Origin: Planctomycetota bacterium
GTDB lineage: Bacteria > Planctomycetota > UBA1135 > UBA2386
Direction: 5' to 3'
Assembly: GCA_041398565.1 (NCBI GenBank)
Contig: JAWKUN010000002.1
Span: forward strand, 1,717,376 to 1,781,375
DNA: 64,000 nt
Shown here one piece after another: positions 29,468 through 39,152 of the stretch (the stretch's first letter is position 1; every line of letters begins with the position of its first letter). The position numbers and the translations under genes were made by a program. The notes beneath the pieces were generated by a model. That model did no database searches, was not told the origin of the DNA, and saw only the letters and a list, made by a program, of their open reading frames with translations.

Positions 29468-31093
29468 GTGTCCCTCATGCGAACTCACCGCCTCGTGTTG
29501 TTGTTTCTCCCGGTCGCTTGGGCCGGTGGCGCGGTCGGCGCTGCCGCCCAGGACTGTCTGCAGTTGACCGACGGCCGCTTTGTCTCCGGCCCGAAGATGA
29601 CGCGCAAGGCCGACGGCGTCACCATCCACCTCGACTCCGGCGACGTCGTCGTGCCGAAGTCGATGGTCAAGGTCGCGTCGGTCAGTGCTACCGACGCGGG
29701 CGCCGAGGAGGCCGACACGCCCGAGGCGATCAAGAACAAGGAGAAGGGACTCGTCGAGTTCGAGGGCAAGTGGATCCGCCCCGACGCTCGCGACGCGCTG
29801 CTCGCCAAGCGCAACGGCCTCATGCAGGGCCGCATCGCCGAGGCCATGGCGCACAGCGAGTGGCGGAACGCCTACCAGACCGAGAGCAAGTACTTCAAGT
29901 TCGAGTACACGATCGACCCCGAGATCATGAAGTACTGGGCCGACCTCATGGACGGCTACGCCAGCAACTTCATGAGCTTCTGGCGCGTGCGGCAGTCGCC
30001 GACCTTCGGCAAGCTGCACGTGATGTTCCACCACAACCCGGAGAAGTTCTACGAGCTCACCGGGATGCCCGAGGGCGTCGGTGGCTTCTTCCGCTTCGTG
30101 CCGCCGCTCGAACTGCAGTTCTACTTCGACCGCCTCGACACCGACTGGACCATGAACGTCATGTTCCACGAGGCGAACCACTACTTGCTGTGGTTGGTGG
30201 ACCCGCACTTTCGCTACCCGCCGTGGCTCAACGAGGGGCTGGCCGAGTATTACGGCGCGAGCGTCTGGAACGAGAAGAGCAAGAAGCTCGACGTCGGCGG
30301 CCTGCTCGAGGGCCGCGTAGCGCAGGTGCAGCAGGACATCATCGAGGACAAGTGGGTGACGCTGCAGGAGCTCACCACGCAGCCGCATCCGATCGGCGGC
30401 GAGTACTACGGCTGGGCCTGGACCTTCGTGCACTTCATGCTGAACTCGAAGTACAAGGAGGCCTTCCGCAAGTTCGTGATCGGCCTGCCGAAGGATGGCT
30501 CGCTGAAGACGACGCGTGAGAGCTTCGGCGAGTGGTCGATGGAGTTCGCACCCCCGGATCAGGTGCAGAACTCTCTCAAGCGCAACCTGCGCGTCAGCGA
30601 CCTGACCGCCCTCGACAAGGAGTGGCACGGCTACATCAAGAACCTGAAGCCGTCGAGTGGCCGTGGCTACTTCACCTTCGGTCGCACCGCGCTCGGCAAC
30701 GGCATGCCGATCAAGGCCAAGCGCATGTTCGAGATCGCGTTGGAGAAGGGCTACGAGTCGCCTCAGGTGTTCTCGTACTACGCGCGCGCGCTCACTCGCG
30801 TGCCGGCCAAGAACCGCGAAGAGCACGAGAAGAATCTCGAAGAGGCCAAGACGCAGTACGAGAAGGTGCTGGCGATGGACCCCATCAGCCCGCTGGACCG
30901 CGTCGAGTACGCGCGCCTGCTCAACCAGCTGGCCAAGCTGCGACGCAAGGCCGATCCTGAGGTGACCAAGCAGATCGATCTGGCCAAGGCTCTGGGCCGG
31001 TGCGTCGAGGGCGGCATGTGGGACTACGACGTGTTCCTCTCCACGTCCTTGCTGAAGCCGTACGAGGACGGCACCGCGGACGACGGCAAGTGA
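29468..31093 (+). CDS. DUF1570-like putative zinc metallopeptidase with C-terminal TPR-like helices
   Basis: Signal peptide present. HExxH in MFHEANHYL, followed by WLNEGLAEYY (gluzincin-like third ligand). An ATG at 29477 is an alternative start. Confidence 0.75.
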   Translation: MSLMRTHRLVLLFLPVAWAGGAVGAAAQDCLQLTDGRFVSGPKMTRKADGVTIHLDSGDVVVPKSMVKVASVSATDAGAEEADTPEAIKNKEKGLVEFEGKWIRPDARDALLAKRNGLMQGRIAEAMAHSEWRNAYQTESKYFKFEYTIDPEIMKYWADLMDGYASNFMSFWRVRQSPTFGKLHVMFHHNPEKFYELTGMPEGVGGFFRFVPPLELQFYFDRLDTDWTMNVMFHEANHYLLWLVDPHFRYPPWLNEGLAEYYGASVWNEKSKKLDVGGLLEGRVAQVQQDIIEDKWVTLQELTTQPHPIGGEYYGWAWTFVHFMLNSKYKEAFRKFVIGLPKDGSLKTTRESFGEWSMEFAPPDQVQNSLKRNLRVSDLTALDKEWHGYIKNLKPSSGRGYFTFGRTALGNGMPIKAKRMFEIALEKGYESPQVFSYYARALTRVPAKNREEHEKNLEEAKTQYEKVLAMDPISPLDRVEYARLLNQLAKLRRKADPEVTKQIDLAKALGRCVEGGMWDYDVFLSTSLLKPYEDGTADDGK

Positions 31094-31184
31094 GAGCGCC
31101 CGCGGTCGCGTGATCCTCGGGTTCTCGTGATCCCGGTGTCCTGAGGGACTCGCGCGGCCGCACCGATCCGGGCGCCGGCCGGCG

Positions 31185-31622
31185 TCAGCGCACGATCACG
31201 AACTGCGCGAGCTCGCGGGCGCGCTGCGCGCGCCAACCGTCGAGCTGGGTTCCGGCGACCTGGATGCGCCCTTGCAGCTCCTCTTCGACCTCGCGTCGCT
31301 TGCGCGCCAGCGCGCCATCGCTGTCGAGCCCAGCCAGGATCGCCTGCTCCAACTCGCCGCGCACCTGCTCGAGCAGAAGGATGCGGGCGAACGTCGACGC
31401 CGCGTCGGTGGGGGCGGCTGTTCGCTTCCCGGTTTCCGATGTCGGGGCAGCGGGGGTCGGGTCAGCTTGGGTCGGGCCGGCTTGGGCTGCGGCACCCGCT
31501 GCCGGCGAGCCGTGCGAGTCGTACAGCACGTATTCCTTGCCGTAGGCATCGCGGAGGTCACCGCAGGCACCCGCCGTCACGGCCGTCAAGGGCAAGAGGA
31601 GAGCGAGGAGCGCTCGGTGCAT
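31185..31622 (-). CDS. small lipoprotein
   Basis: In-frame ATG at 31622 gives MHRALLALLLPLTAVTAGAC (lipobox). The C-terminus is a helical, charged segment. Confidence 0.55.
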   Translation of the reverse strand: MHRALLALLLPLTAVTAGACGDLRDAYGKEYVLYDSHGSPAAGAAAQAGPTQADPTPAAPTSETGKRTAAPTDAASTFARILLLEQVRGELEQAILAGLDSDGALARKRREVEEELQGRIQVAGTQLDGWRAQRARELAQFVIVR

Positions 31623-31886
31623 CCCCGGATTGTAGGAGCCCACGTGGTGGGATTCATCCGCAGCGAGACCACGCCCTCCTTCCGGCCGCCACGGATCTCC
31701 ACGAGTCGCTCCACCTGCGATGCGTTGCGATCGGTCGGCGGCAGCTCGACGAGTTGCTCGGCTGGCGCCGCGGCCTTCCATGACGCGGAAACGGAACCGT
31801 GACCGTGGGGAGCCGAGTTGGCGAGCAACCGAGTCCGCGAATCGCGCCGGCTCTCGCGTTTCGCCAGGGTCTTCGGGCAACGACGA

Positions 31887-34800
31887 TCAACGTGGCGACT
31901 CGACCCTAGGACGTGGGGCGCGCACGCGGTGACGTCCGGCTTCGAGCCACACCTCGGTGCGACTCCCCGCGCGCGTGCCAGAGCACAGGGCTCCGTCGAC
32001 CTCGACGCCTGGGCCGGGTCCGGGTACGAGCATGCGCGCGCGTGTACCGGGCGGCACCAACAGGTCGTAGACGACGTGCCCTCCGTCGATCCGCCAGTGG
32101 CTCTCCACCACGCCGCGCACAGTCGTGTGTCGACAGCGCACCCAGGACACGCCGGTCACGGGCGCCGGCGCCAGGGTGAACTGGGCGTAGCCCGGGTGCT
32201 CTGGGTCGGCGCGGATCCCGGCGAGCCCGCGCACGAACCAGGCTCCCACCGAAACGAACGAGCTGTGCAGGCGCGAGTGCTCCCCGTCCCATTGCTCCCA
32301 CAACGTGGTCGCGCCCTGGGCGAGCATGTGGCCCCACCCCGGGTAGTCTGTCTGCGCGATCATCGCGAACGCCAGGTCGTCGCGGTCCTCGGTGCTGAGC
32401 TGTTCCAGCAGGTAGGCGGTGCCGTGGATGCCGGCGTCGATGTGGTGTCCCGTCGCGGCGATCGCCGCGGCCAGGCGGGCCACGGTGCCCGCCCGCGCCG
32501 GCGGCGGGCAGAGGCCCGCGCGCAGGACCATCGCCAGGTACGGTTGGGCTTCGGTCACCCAGCCCCGGCGGGCGTCGAAGAAGCGGTCGCGCACCGCCAG
32601 CCGCGCGTGCGCGGCACGCTCGCCATAGGCCCTCGCTTCGTCGTCGTGTCCGAGCGCCTGCACCACGCGCGCCATGGTGGCCAGGGTGTCGATCCAGTAG
32701 CAGTTGTTGAAGAACAGGGTCCACTCGTCGGGGACGCGCGTGCCCGGTTCCTGGCCGTGCCCGGGAGGCACCCAGTCGCCTGCGAACGCCCACGTGGGGT
32801 CGCCGTAGGGCGTCAGCAGCCCGTCTTGCACGTGACCCTGCAAGAACTCGATCCAGCGCCGCATCGGGGTCACGTTGGCGCGCAGGACGTCGAGGTCGCC
32901 GGTCTCGACGAACAACGCCCAGGGCAGCATCACGACGATGCCGCTCCACGCCGGCCCACCGCCGCCCGACAGCGTCGGCGCCGTGGGCGGCAGGTCGCCG
33001 TCGGTGAGCTGCACGTCACGCCAGTCCTGCAGCCACTTGCGGTAGAAGGCCGTCGCCGAGCAGGCGGCGAGCATCGTCGCCATCGTCGCGTGCGCGTCAC
33101 CGCCGTAGCCGAGCCGCTCACGGTGCGGGCAGTCGACCACGTAGCCCCCGAGTGCCAGGTTGCGCAGCGTCCAGATCGCAGTCTGCCACACCTGGTTCAG
33201 CAGGTCGTGGGAACAGGAGAACTCGGTCGACGCCGTCACGTCGCTCGTCACCGGCGAGAAGCGCACGTCTTCGGCACGCAGCGTGGTTGCGCCGGCCACC
33301 GTGAGCCAGCGGCCGGCCACGTAGTTGTGGCGGTGCTGGAACACGCCTCGGCCGTCTCGATCCAGCACCAACTCGCTGCGCTGACCGTAGGTGACGTCGT
33401 CGCCTTCGCGCTCCGACATCGACAGCTCGACGCACGCACCTGGCGCCCCGCGCAGGCGCAATGCGAGCAGCCCCGTGGCGCTGCGGCCGAAGTCGATGCG
33501 CTGGCTACCATCGCGGTCCAGTGCGATCGAGCTCGGCGCAAGTGGGGGCTGCGCGCGGTTGCGCGCGCAGCCGTCGGCAGCGATCTCCAGCCGCAGATCG
33601 GCGGTCGCGGCCGGGAGCCATGCCGCTTCGTCCTCGGATGTCGCGTCGGGACTGCACCATGCCTGCTGCTCGCGCATCGCCTCGACGCGCTCACCACCGA
33701 AGTCGCGGAAGCGCCACGCGCCGAGCAGGGTGCGTGCGCCGGGCTGCCACTGCCATCCCGCTTCGGTCCCGAAGACGGTGTGCGTGCCATCGGCCGAGAA
33801 CACGTCCAGGCGCACGCGTGCCCAACACCGGCCGCCGTGGCCGTAGGGCGCGTACTGCGCCCAGCCACGCCCCAGCTCCAGGCCCAACGTGTTGCCACCG
33901 GCGCGCAGGTGGCCGGTGATGTCGTAGCTGGTGAAGCGAGCTCGCGTGCGTAGATCGCTCACGTGCGGGGCGAGCACGCCTTGGCCGGCAGGCACTCCGT
34001 TCACCCACACGGTGTGGTAGCCCACCGAAGCGACGTGCAGGATCGCCTGCACCGGGACCGCGGTGAGTTCCAGGCGGCGGCGCAGGCGCGGGTCGGGTGC
34101 GCGCATCCGTGAGGCCATCGCGTCGCGCCATTCGTGTTGCGGCTCGACTACGCGAGACGCCCGCCAGGCGCGGTCGTCGAAGTCGACTTCCTGCCACCCA
34201 TCGGCAGCGTCGGCAGCGGAGCGCCAGTCGTCTGCCTGCGGACCGAGCGTGCGGTCACCGTCGGGCCACCGCCCCACGAGCACGAGGGCGAGGCCGGCCG
34301 GGTTGGCACGTGGACCGTCGTTCTCGGCGGCGACAGCGAAGGCGTTGCGTCCGGGCTGGAGGTCGCCGAGCTCGACCGCCAGGGCGCGGTCCCAACGGCC
34401 GCCGCGTGCCACCGCGCGGCCGTTGAGCCACACCCTCGCCCGGTCGTCGGCGTGGACGTAGAGGGTGGCTGCCGGTGGTGGCGCGGTGACGTCGAAGCTG
34501 GCGCGGAAGTAGCGTGTACCCGGCGGCGGCCCTTGGCTGCGATGGGGATCCTGGTGGGGATCCTCGTCGTGCCAGACCCAGGTGGGCGCGAGTTCGTCCC
34601 TCGGAGGTGTTCCGAGCCACGGCCCAGGCCAGTCGCTGGCGTCGCGCGGTCCTTGCACGAACGACGCCGCGGTGCTCCAAGACGACCACTTGCCGTCACC
34701 GTCGCGCACGCGCACGCACCAGGAGACGCGTTCCCCGACGGCTGCGACCAACCCCGCGCATACGACGTGCGGCGTCCAGGCCGCGGTGACGACCCCGCTG

Positions 34801-35117
34801 TCCAGCCCGGGGCCACGAAGCACGGCGGCGTCGCCGCCGGGGGCGTGGCCCAGGTCGGTGGGGGGCCCGGAAGGTAGCGCCGCGGCGCTACGGGCCGCCA
34901 CCAGGCGGTAGGCCGTCTGTCTGCACCGGGTGCCGCCGCCTCCATCGCTCGCTTGCAGGCGCCACGACAGGCGTGGCGCGCGCGCGTCGAGGCCGACCGG
35001 GTCGACCTGGTCTTCGGTGCGCAGGTCGACCGCCAGCAATCGGCTCGGCGCCGACCCCGGGCGGTCGAACTCGGTGGCGCAGGCAGCCAGCAGGACGAGG
35101 GCGGCGAGGCGCACCAT
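31887..35117 (-). CDS. alpha-L-rhamnosidase (GH78), lipoprotein-type leader
   Basis: 1076 aa. The N-terminus LRTEDQVDPVGLDARAPRLSWRL and the later six-hairpin region (DCPHRERLGYGGD, WEQW) are typical of GH78. The leader LVLLAAC has a lipobox. Confidence 0.9.
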   Translation of the reverse strand: MVRLAALVLLAACATEFDRPGSAPSRLLAVDLRTEDQVDPVGLDARAPRLSWRLQASDGGGGTRCRQTAYRLVAARSAAALPSGPPTDLGHAPGGDAAVLRGPGLDSGVVTAAWTPHVVCAGLVAAVGERVSWCVRVRDGDGKWSSWSTAASFVQGPRDASDWPGPWLGTPPRDELAPTWVWHDEDPHQDPHRSQGPPPGTRYFRASFDVTAPPPAATLYVHADDRARVWLNGRAVARGGRWDRALAVELGDLQPGRNAFAVAAENDGPRANPAGLALVLVGRWPDGDRTLGPQADDWRSAADAADGWQEVDFDDRAWRASRVVEPQHEWRDAMASRMRAPDPRLRRRLELTAVPVQAILHVASVGYHTVWVNGVPAGQGVLAPHVSDLRTRARFTSYDITGHLRAGGNTLGLELGRGWAQYAPYGHGGRCWARVRLDVFSADGTHTVFGTEAGWQWQPGARTLLGAWRFRDFGGERVEAMREQQAWCSPDATSEDEAAWLPAATADLRLEIAADGCARNRAQPPLAPSSIALDRDGSQRIDFGRSATGLLALRLRGAPGACVELSMSEREGDDVTYGQRSELVLDRDGRGVFQHRHNYVAGRWLTVAGATTLRAEDVRFSPVTSDVTASTEFSCSHDLLNQVWQTAIWTLRNLALGGYVVDCPHRERLGYGGDAHATMATMLAACSATAFYRKWLQDWRDVQLTDGDLPPTAPTLSGGGGPAWSGIVVMLPWALFVETGDLDVLRANVTPMRRWIEFLQGHVQDGLLTPYGDPTWAFAGDWVPPGHGQEPGTRVPDEWTLFFNNCYWIDTLATMARVVQALGHDDEARAYGERAAHARLAVRDRFFDARRGWVTEAQPYLAMVLRAGLCPPPARAGTVARLAAAIAATGHHIDAGIHGTAYLLEQLSTEDRDDLAFAMIAQTDYPGWGHMLAQGATTLWEQWDGEHSRLHSSFVSVGAWFVRGLAGIRADPEHPGYAQFTLAPAPVTGVSWVRCRHTTVRGVVESHWRIDGGHVVYDLLVPPGTRARMLVPGPGPGVEVDGALCSGTRAGSRTEVWLEAGRHRVRAPRPRVESPR

Positions 35118-35173
35118 GCCCGCATGCTACGGCCGGACGGGTGCTGCGAGCGAACAGGTGAAGCGGACGGCGA

Positions 35174-36646
35174 TCAGGCGTCCCGGCGCGCGGTCAGCTC
35201 CCCGTTCTCCATCTCCAGCTCGATCGTGCCGAGGTCGACGCGCTCGGGCGTGGCGTTGCGCTGCTCCACCTGCGCCACCATGGGTTGCGCCGCGGCGCCG
35301 AGCGTGCGCAGCACTTCGAGGGCGATCTGCCGGACTTGCAGCTCCGGATCGTGCTGCGCGAGCGCGAACACGCCGCGCGCTACGGCGTCGCCGCCGCGGC
35401 CGCGCAGGCCCTCGAGGGCGGTGCAGCGCACCGAGCGTTCCGGATCGCCGATGTGGCGCAGCAGGACCTCGGTCGCTGCCTCCGTCTCGAAGCCTCGCAT
35501 GGCGTGCACGACGCTGAGACGCAGGTCGGGGTCGTCGGCGCGACGCATCAGCGTGGCGAAGGTCTCCGGCGACGGGAAGCGGGCCAGGATGTCGGCGGCC
35601 ACCGAGCAGCTCCACCAGTCCTTGTCGCGCTGCCAGATCTGGGTGACGTGCGGCACGATCGATGGGTGGTTCCAGCGCGCGGCGAGCAGCATCGACGCCA
35701 TGCGCAGGTCGGGATCGGCGTCGAGCATGAGGCGCCCGAGCGGTTGGGTCAGCTTCTCGGAGATGGAGACCAACGCATCGAGAGCGCGTTCGCGCAGCCA
35801 CTGCGCCAATCCGCGGTTGAACTCGAGGAAGCGGCGCAGCACGCCGTCGGCGTCGGGCAGATCGGCGATCAGGCGGGCGGCGGTGGTGCGGGCTTCGGGA
35901 TCCTCGTCGGCCAGCACCGTGAACAGCGGCTCCTCCATCTGCTGGGCGCAGGTCCGGGTGAGCTGGGCCAGTGCGTCGCCGATGACGCGCTGCACGTCCT
36001 TCTTCTCTTGCGGCAGGCGAGCGAACAGCATCTCCACCAGGTCGGGCGACGGGCGCTCGCACAAGGCGACGAGCGCCTCGCCACGCACCGTCTCGTCGTC
36101 ATCGTGCGCCAGGTCCTTGAGCAACAGGTGCACCGTCGGATCGGTGGCGGACCGGCGCAGCTGGCGCACCGCCACGCGGCGCAGCTGTGGGCTGCTCTCC
36201 GGACGCAGCGCCGTCTTGAGCGGGCCGAGGAAGTCGGTGACCGAGGCGCTGTAGCCGATGATCTCGAGCACCACCGGCCGCAGGTCGCGCGTCGGCGTCG
36301 TGCCGGTGAAGGCGCGGCGCAGCGCGTCGACGACGGCTTGCCGGTCGAGCTTCCACAGCATCTGCGCCATTTCGCGCCGGCGCTGCAGCGGCGAGGCGCC
36401 GATCGCCTCGACCATGAGATCGCCGCAGTCGCGACCCGCCACCTGCGAGAGGTAGGCGAAGCCGGCGTCGCGGATCTTGGGGTTGTCGGCCGACAGCATG
36501 AACGCCAGCTTCTTGGGCGTGGCGTCGGGGTGCGTCGTCACCTGCACCAAGACCTCGTCGAAGAGGTCGAAGGAGATGGTGGCCGGGTTCTTCAGCTTGG
36601 CGACGAGGTCGTCGAAGCTCGTGTTCGGGCGGCGGAACAGCGCCAT
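35174..36646 (-). CDS. cytoplasmic HEAT-repeat protein
   Basis: 490 aa with no signal peptide. Repeated D.D..VR..A...L units. The ATG lies 1 nt after the upstream ATPase stop, with GGAGG 7 nt upstream inside that gene. Confidence 0.75.
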   Translation of the reverse strand: MALFRRPNTSFDDLVAKLKNPATISFDLFDEVLVQVTTHPDATPKKLAFMLSADNPKIRDAGFAYLSQVAGRDCGDLMVEAIGASPLQRRREMAQMLWKLDRQAVVDALRRAFTGTTPTRDLRPVVLEIIGYSASVTDFLGPLKTALRPESSPQLRRVAVRQLRRSATDPTVHLLLKDLAHDDDETVRGEALVALCERPSPDLVEMLFARLPQEKKDVQRVIGDALAQLTRTCAQQMEEPLFTVLADEDPEARTTAARLIADLPDADGVLRRFLEFNRGLAQWLRERALDALVSISEKLTQPLGRLMLDADPDLRMASMLLAARWNHPSIVPHVTQIWQRDKDWWSCSVAADILARFPSPETFATLMRRADDPDLRLSVVHAMRGFETEAATEVLLRHIGDPERSVRCTALEGLRGRGGDAVARGVFALAQHDPELQVRQIALEVLRTLGAAAQPMVAQVEQRNATPERVDLGTIELEMENGELTARRDA

Positions 36647-36647
36647 G

Positions 36648-37817
36648 TCACTTCCTCCGGATCGGGCGGTCCATCTGCAGGTCTCCGAGGTCGGAGGTGC
36701 TCTCGCCTCGCTTGTTCTTCAACTGGTCGACGGCACGCCGAACGACGGACTTGTCGGTGCAGTAGGTGAAGGCGGTCTCCTCCGAGATCGCGCCCTCGGC
36801 CAGCAGCCGGGTGATGTGCTGGTCGAAGGTCTGCCAGCCGACGCGGGCGCCGTCGCCGATGAGGTCGTAGAAGGTGCGGTCGGGCTTCTCGCCGAGCTTG
36901 ATCATCTCACGCACCGGCAGGTTGTTGCCCATCACCTCGAGCGCGGCGACGCGTCCGCCCGACTCGCGTGGTAGCAGGCGTTGCGACACCACCATGCGCA
37001 GCGTGTCGGCGAGGCGCCCGCGGATGACCCGCTGCTCGTCGGCCTCGAACATGCCGACGATGCGGTTGACGGTCTGGCCGGCGTCGATCGTGTGCATCGT
37101 GCTGAGCACCAGGTGGCCGGTTTCGGCGGCCTTCAGGGCGATCTCCACCGTGTCGCGGTCACGGATTTCGCCGACGAGGATCACCTTGGGCGCTTGCCGC
37201 AGGGCAGCGCGCAGGCCGGCCGCGAAGCTGGTGAAGTCGCTGCCCAGCTCGCGCTGGTTGACCGTGGCGGTCTTGTGCGGGTGCCGGAACTCGATCGGGT
37301 CCTCGAGCGTGAGCACGTGCACGGCCTTGGTGCGGTTGATGCGGTCGATCACCGCTGCCAGCGTCGTCGACTTGCCCGAGCCGGTGGCGCCGGTGACCAG
37401 CACCAGCCCGTTGGCGAGGCCGGCGATCTCGTCGAGGATCGGTGGCAGCTTGAGCGACTCGAGGGTGGGCACTTCGCTCGGCAGCACCCGCAGCACGACG
37501 CCGAAGTGACCGCACGTCTTGAACACGTTGACGCGGAAGCGCGGGCCGCCGGCGAGTGCGTAGGCGCAGTCGCACGACCCGTTGGCGTGGAGGTCGTCCC
37601 ACAGCCGCTTCTCTTCGCCCAGCAGGGTCGTCACCAGGCGCGTGGTGTCCTCGCCGGTGAGCGGCGCGCGGCCCGGCACCGCGACCAAGCGGCCGTCGGC
37701 CTCCATCTGCGGCGCGCGACCGACCGTCAGGTTGATGTCGGAGACGCGGCCGCGTGCCGACAGCACCTCTCGCAGTAGGCTCTGGACGACATCGGGCTCG
37801 GCGGCGGCGACGGTCAT
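36648..37817 (-). CDS. PilT/PilU-family type IV pilus retraction-type ATPase (divergent paralog)
   Basis: Walker A GATGSGKST, Walker B ILVGEIRD, His box TGHLVLSTMHT. The PilT AIRNLIRE-type motif is degenerate (PVREMIKLGEK). The ATG at 37817 overlaps the pilT stop (ATGA). Confidence 0.9.
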   Translation of the reverse strand: MTVAAAEPDVVQSLLREVLSARGRVSDINLTVGRAPQMEADGRLVAVPGRAPLTGEDTTRLVTTLLGEEKRLWDDLHANGSCDCAYALAGGPRFRVNVFKTCGHFGVVLRVLPSEVPTLESLKLPPILDEIAGLANGLVLVTGATGSGKSTTLAAVIDRINRTKAVHVLTLEDPIEFRHPHKTATVNQRELGSDFTSFAAGLRAALRQAPKVILVGEIRDRDTVEIALKAAETGHLVLSTMHTIDAGQTVNRIVGMFEADEQRVIRGRLADTLRMVVSQRLLPRESGGRVAALEVMGNNLPVREMIKLGEKPDRTFYDLIGDGARVGWQTFDQHITRLLAEGAISEETAFTYCTDKSVVRRAVDQLKNKRGESTSDLGDLQMDRPIRRK

Positions 37818-38992
37818 CGCGTGCCCCCCGGCGCGCCGGAGAGGCGGCGGTCGGTCATGCGGCGCTCGGAGCTCGACTGCGCGTTGCCGGAGCGGGCGCG
37901 CACCTCTTCGAGCATGTCCCGGTACTCCTCGGGCACGGTCGGAAGGCGCTCGATGAAGCGGCGCTTGTCGACGCAACGGTCGAAGGCTTCCTCCGGCGAG
38001 ATCTTGCGCGCGTCCAGCAGCTCGGCGATGGCGTCGTCCATGGTCTGCATGCCGAGACGCTTGCCGGTCTGCAGGGCGTTGATGAGCTGATGGGTCTTGC
38101 CCTCGCGCACCAGGTTGGCGACGGCCGGCGTGTTCACCATGACCTCGAGCGCCGCCACGCGGCCACGGCCGTCGGCGCGGCGGAAGAGGGTCTGCGAGAT
38201 GACGCCCTTGAGCGACTCGGACAGCGTCGTGCGCACCTGCTCCTGTGCGTCGGTGGGGAACACGTCGATGATGCGATCGACGGTCTTCATGGCGCTCGGC
38301 GTGTGCAGGGTGGCGAGCACGAGGTGGCCGGTAGCCGCCGCCTCGAGGGCCAGCTGGATGGTCTCGAGGTCGCGCAGCTCGCCGACCAGGATGATGTCCG
38401 GGTCCTCACGCAGGGCGCCGCGCAAGGCCGCCGCGAACGATTGCGTGTGCTGCCCGACCTCGCGGTGGTTGATCAGGCAGTTGACCCGCGAGTGACGGAA
38501 CTCGATCGGGTCCTCGATGGTGAGGATGTGGTCGCGGCGGTTCTTGTTGGCGTAGTCGACGATGGCGGCCAGCGTCGTCGACTTGCCCGAGCCGGTGGCG
38601 CCGGTGACCAGCACCAGGCCCTTGTCGAGCATTGCGAACTGCCGGGCGATCGGCGGCAGCCCGAGCTGCTCGATCGTCATGATCTTGCTCGGGATCTGGC
38701 GGAACACGGCCCCGGCCCCCGACGCCTGGCGGAAGTAGTTGGCGCGGTAGCGGCCGATCCCTTCGATCTCGTAGGCGAAGTCGATGTCGCCGGTCTCGTC
38801 GAACTGCTTCATCTTCGCTTCGGGCGCGATCTCGCCCAGCAGGGCGAGGAGCTCCTCGTGATGCAGTTCGCGGTACTTGATCGGCTCGAGGTCGCCGTTG
38901 ATGCGCAGGCACGGCTGCGAGCCGGCCGACATGTGCAGGTCGGACGCGCCCTGCGCGTTCATCAACCGGAAGAAGGCGTCGATCTTTGCCAT
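37814..38992 (-). CDS. pilT: type IV pilus twitching-motility ATPase PilT
   Basis: In-frame ATG at 38992. Blocks MAKIDAFFRLMNAQGASDLHM, GATGSGKST, ILVGELRD, TGHLVLATLHT and AVANLVREGKTHQ are present. Confidence 0.93.
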   Translation of the reverse strand: MAKIDAFFRLMNAQGASDLHMSAGSQPCLRINGDLEPIKYRELHHEELLALLGEIAPEAKMKQFDETGDIDFAYEIEGIGRYRANYFRQASGAGAVFRQIPSKIMTIEQLGLPPIARQFAMLDKGLVLVTGATGSGKSTTLAAIVDYANKNRRDHILTIEDPIEFRHSRVNCLINHREVGQHTQSFAAALRGALREDPDIILVGELRDLETIQLALEAAATGHLVLATLHTPSAMKTVDRIIDVFPTDAQEQVRTTLSESLKGVISQTLFRRADGRGRVAALEVMVNTPAVANLVREGKTHQLINALQTGKRLGMQTMDDAIAELLDARKISPEEAFDRCVDKRRFIERLPTVPEEYRDMLEEVRARSGNAQSSSERRMTDRRLSGAPGGTR

Positions 38993-39152
38993 AGCACTCT
39001 CTCGTCCGGTATCGGCGCGGCGGCGGGGTCGACTGTGTCGGCCCCGGGACAATCGACCTCCGGATTTGTCCGGGGTCGGCGGCCGGACGGGCGTGCGACC
39101 CGGTGCCGCTGCGGCCGGCATCCGCTGCCGGCTGGGGGCGCCGAAGCGTTGC

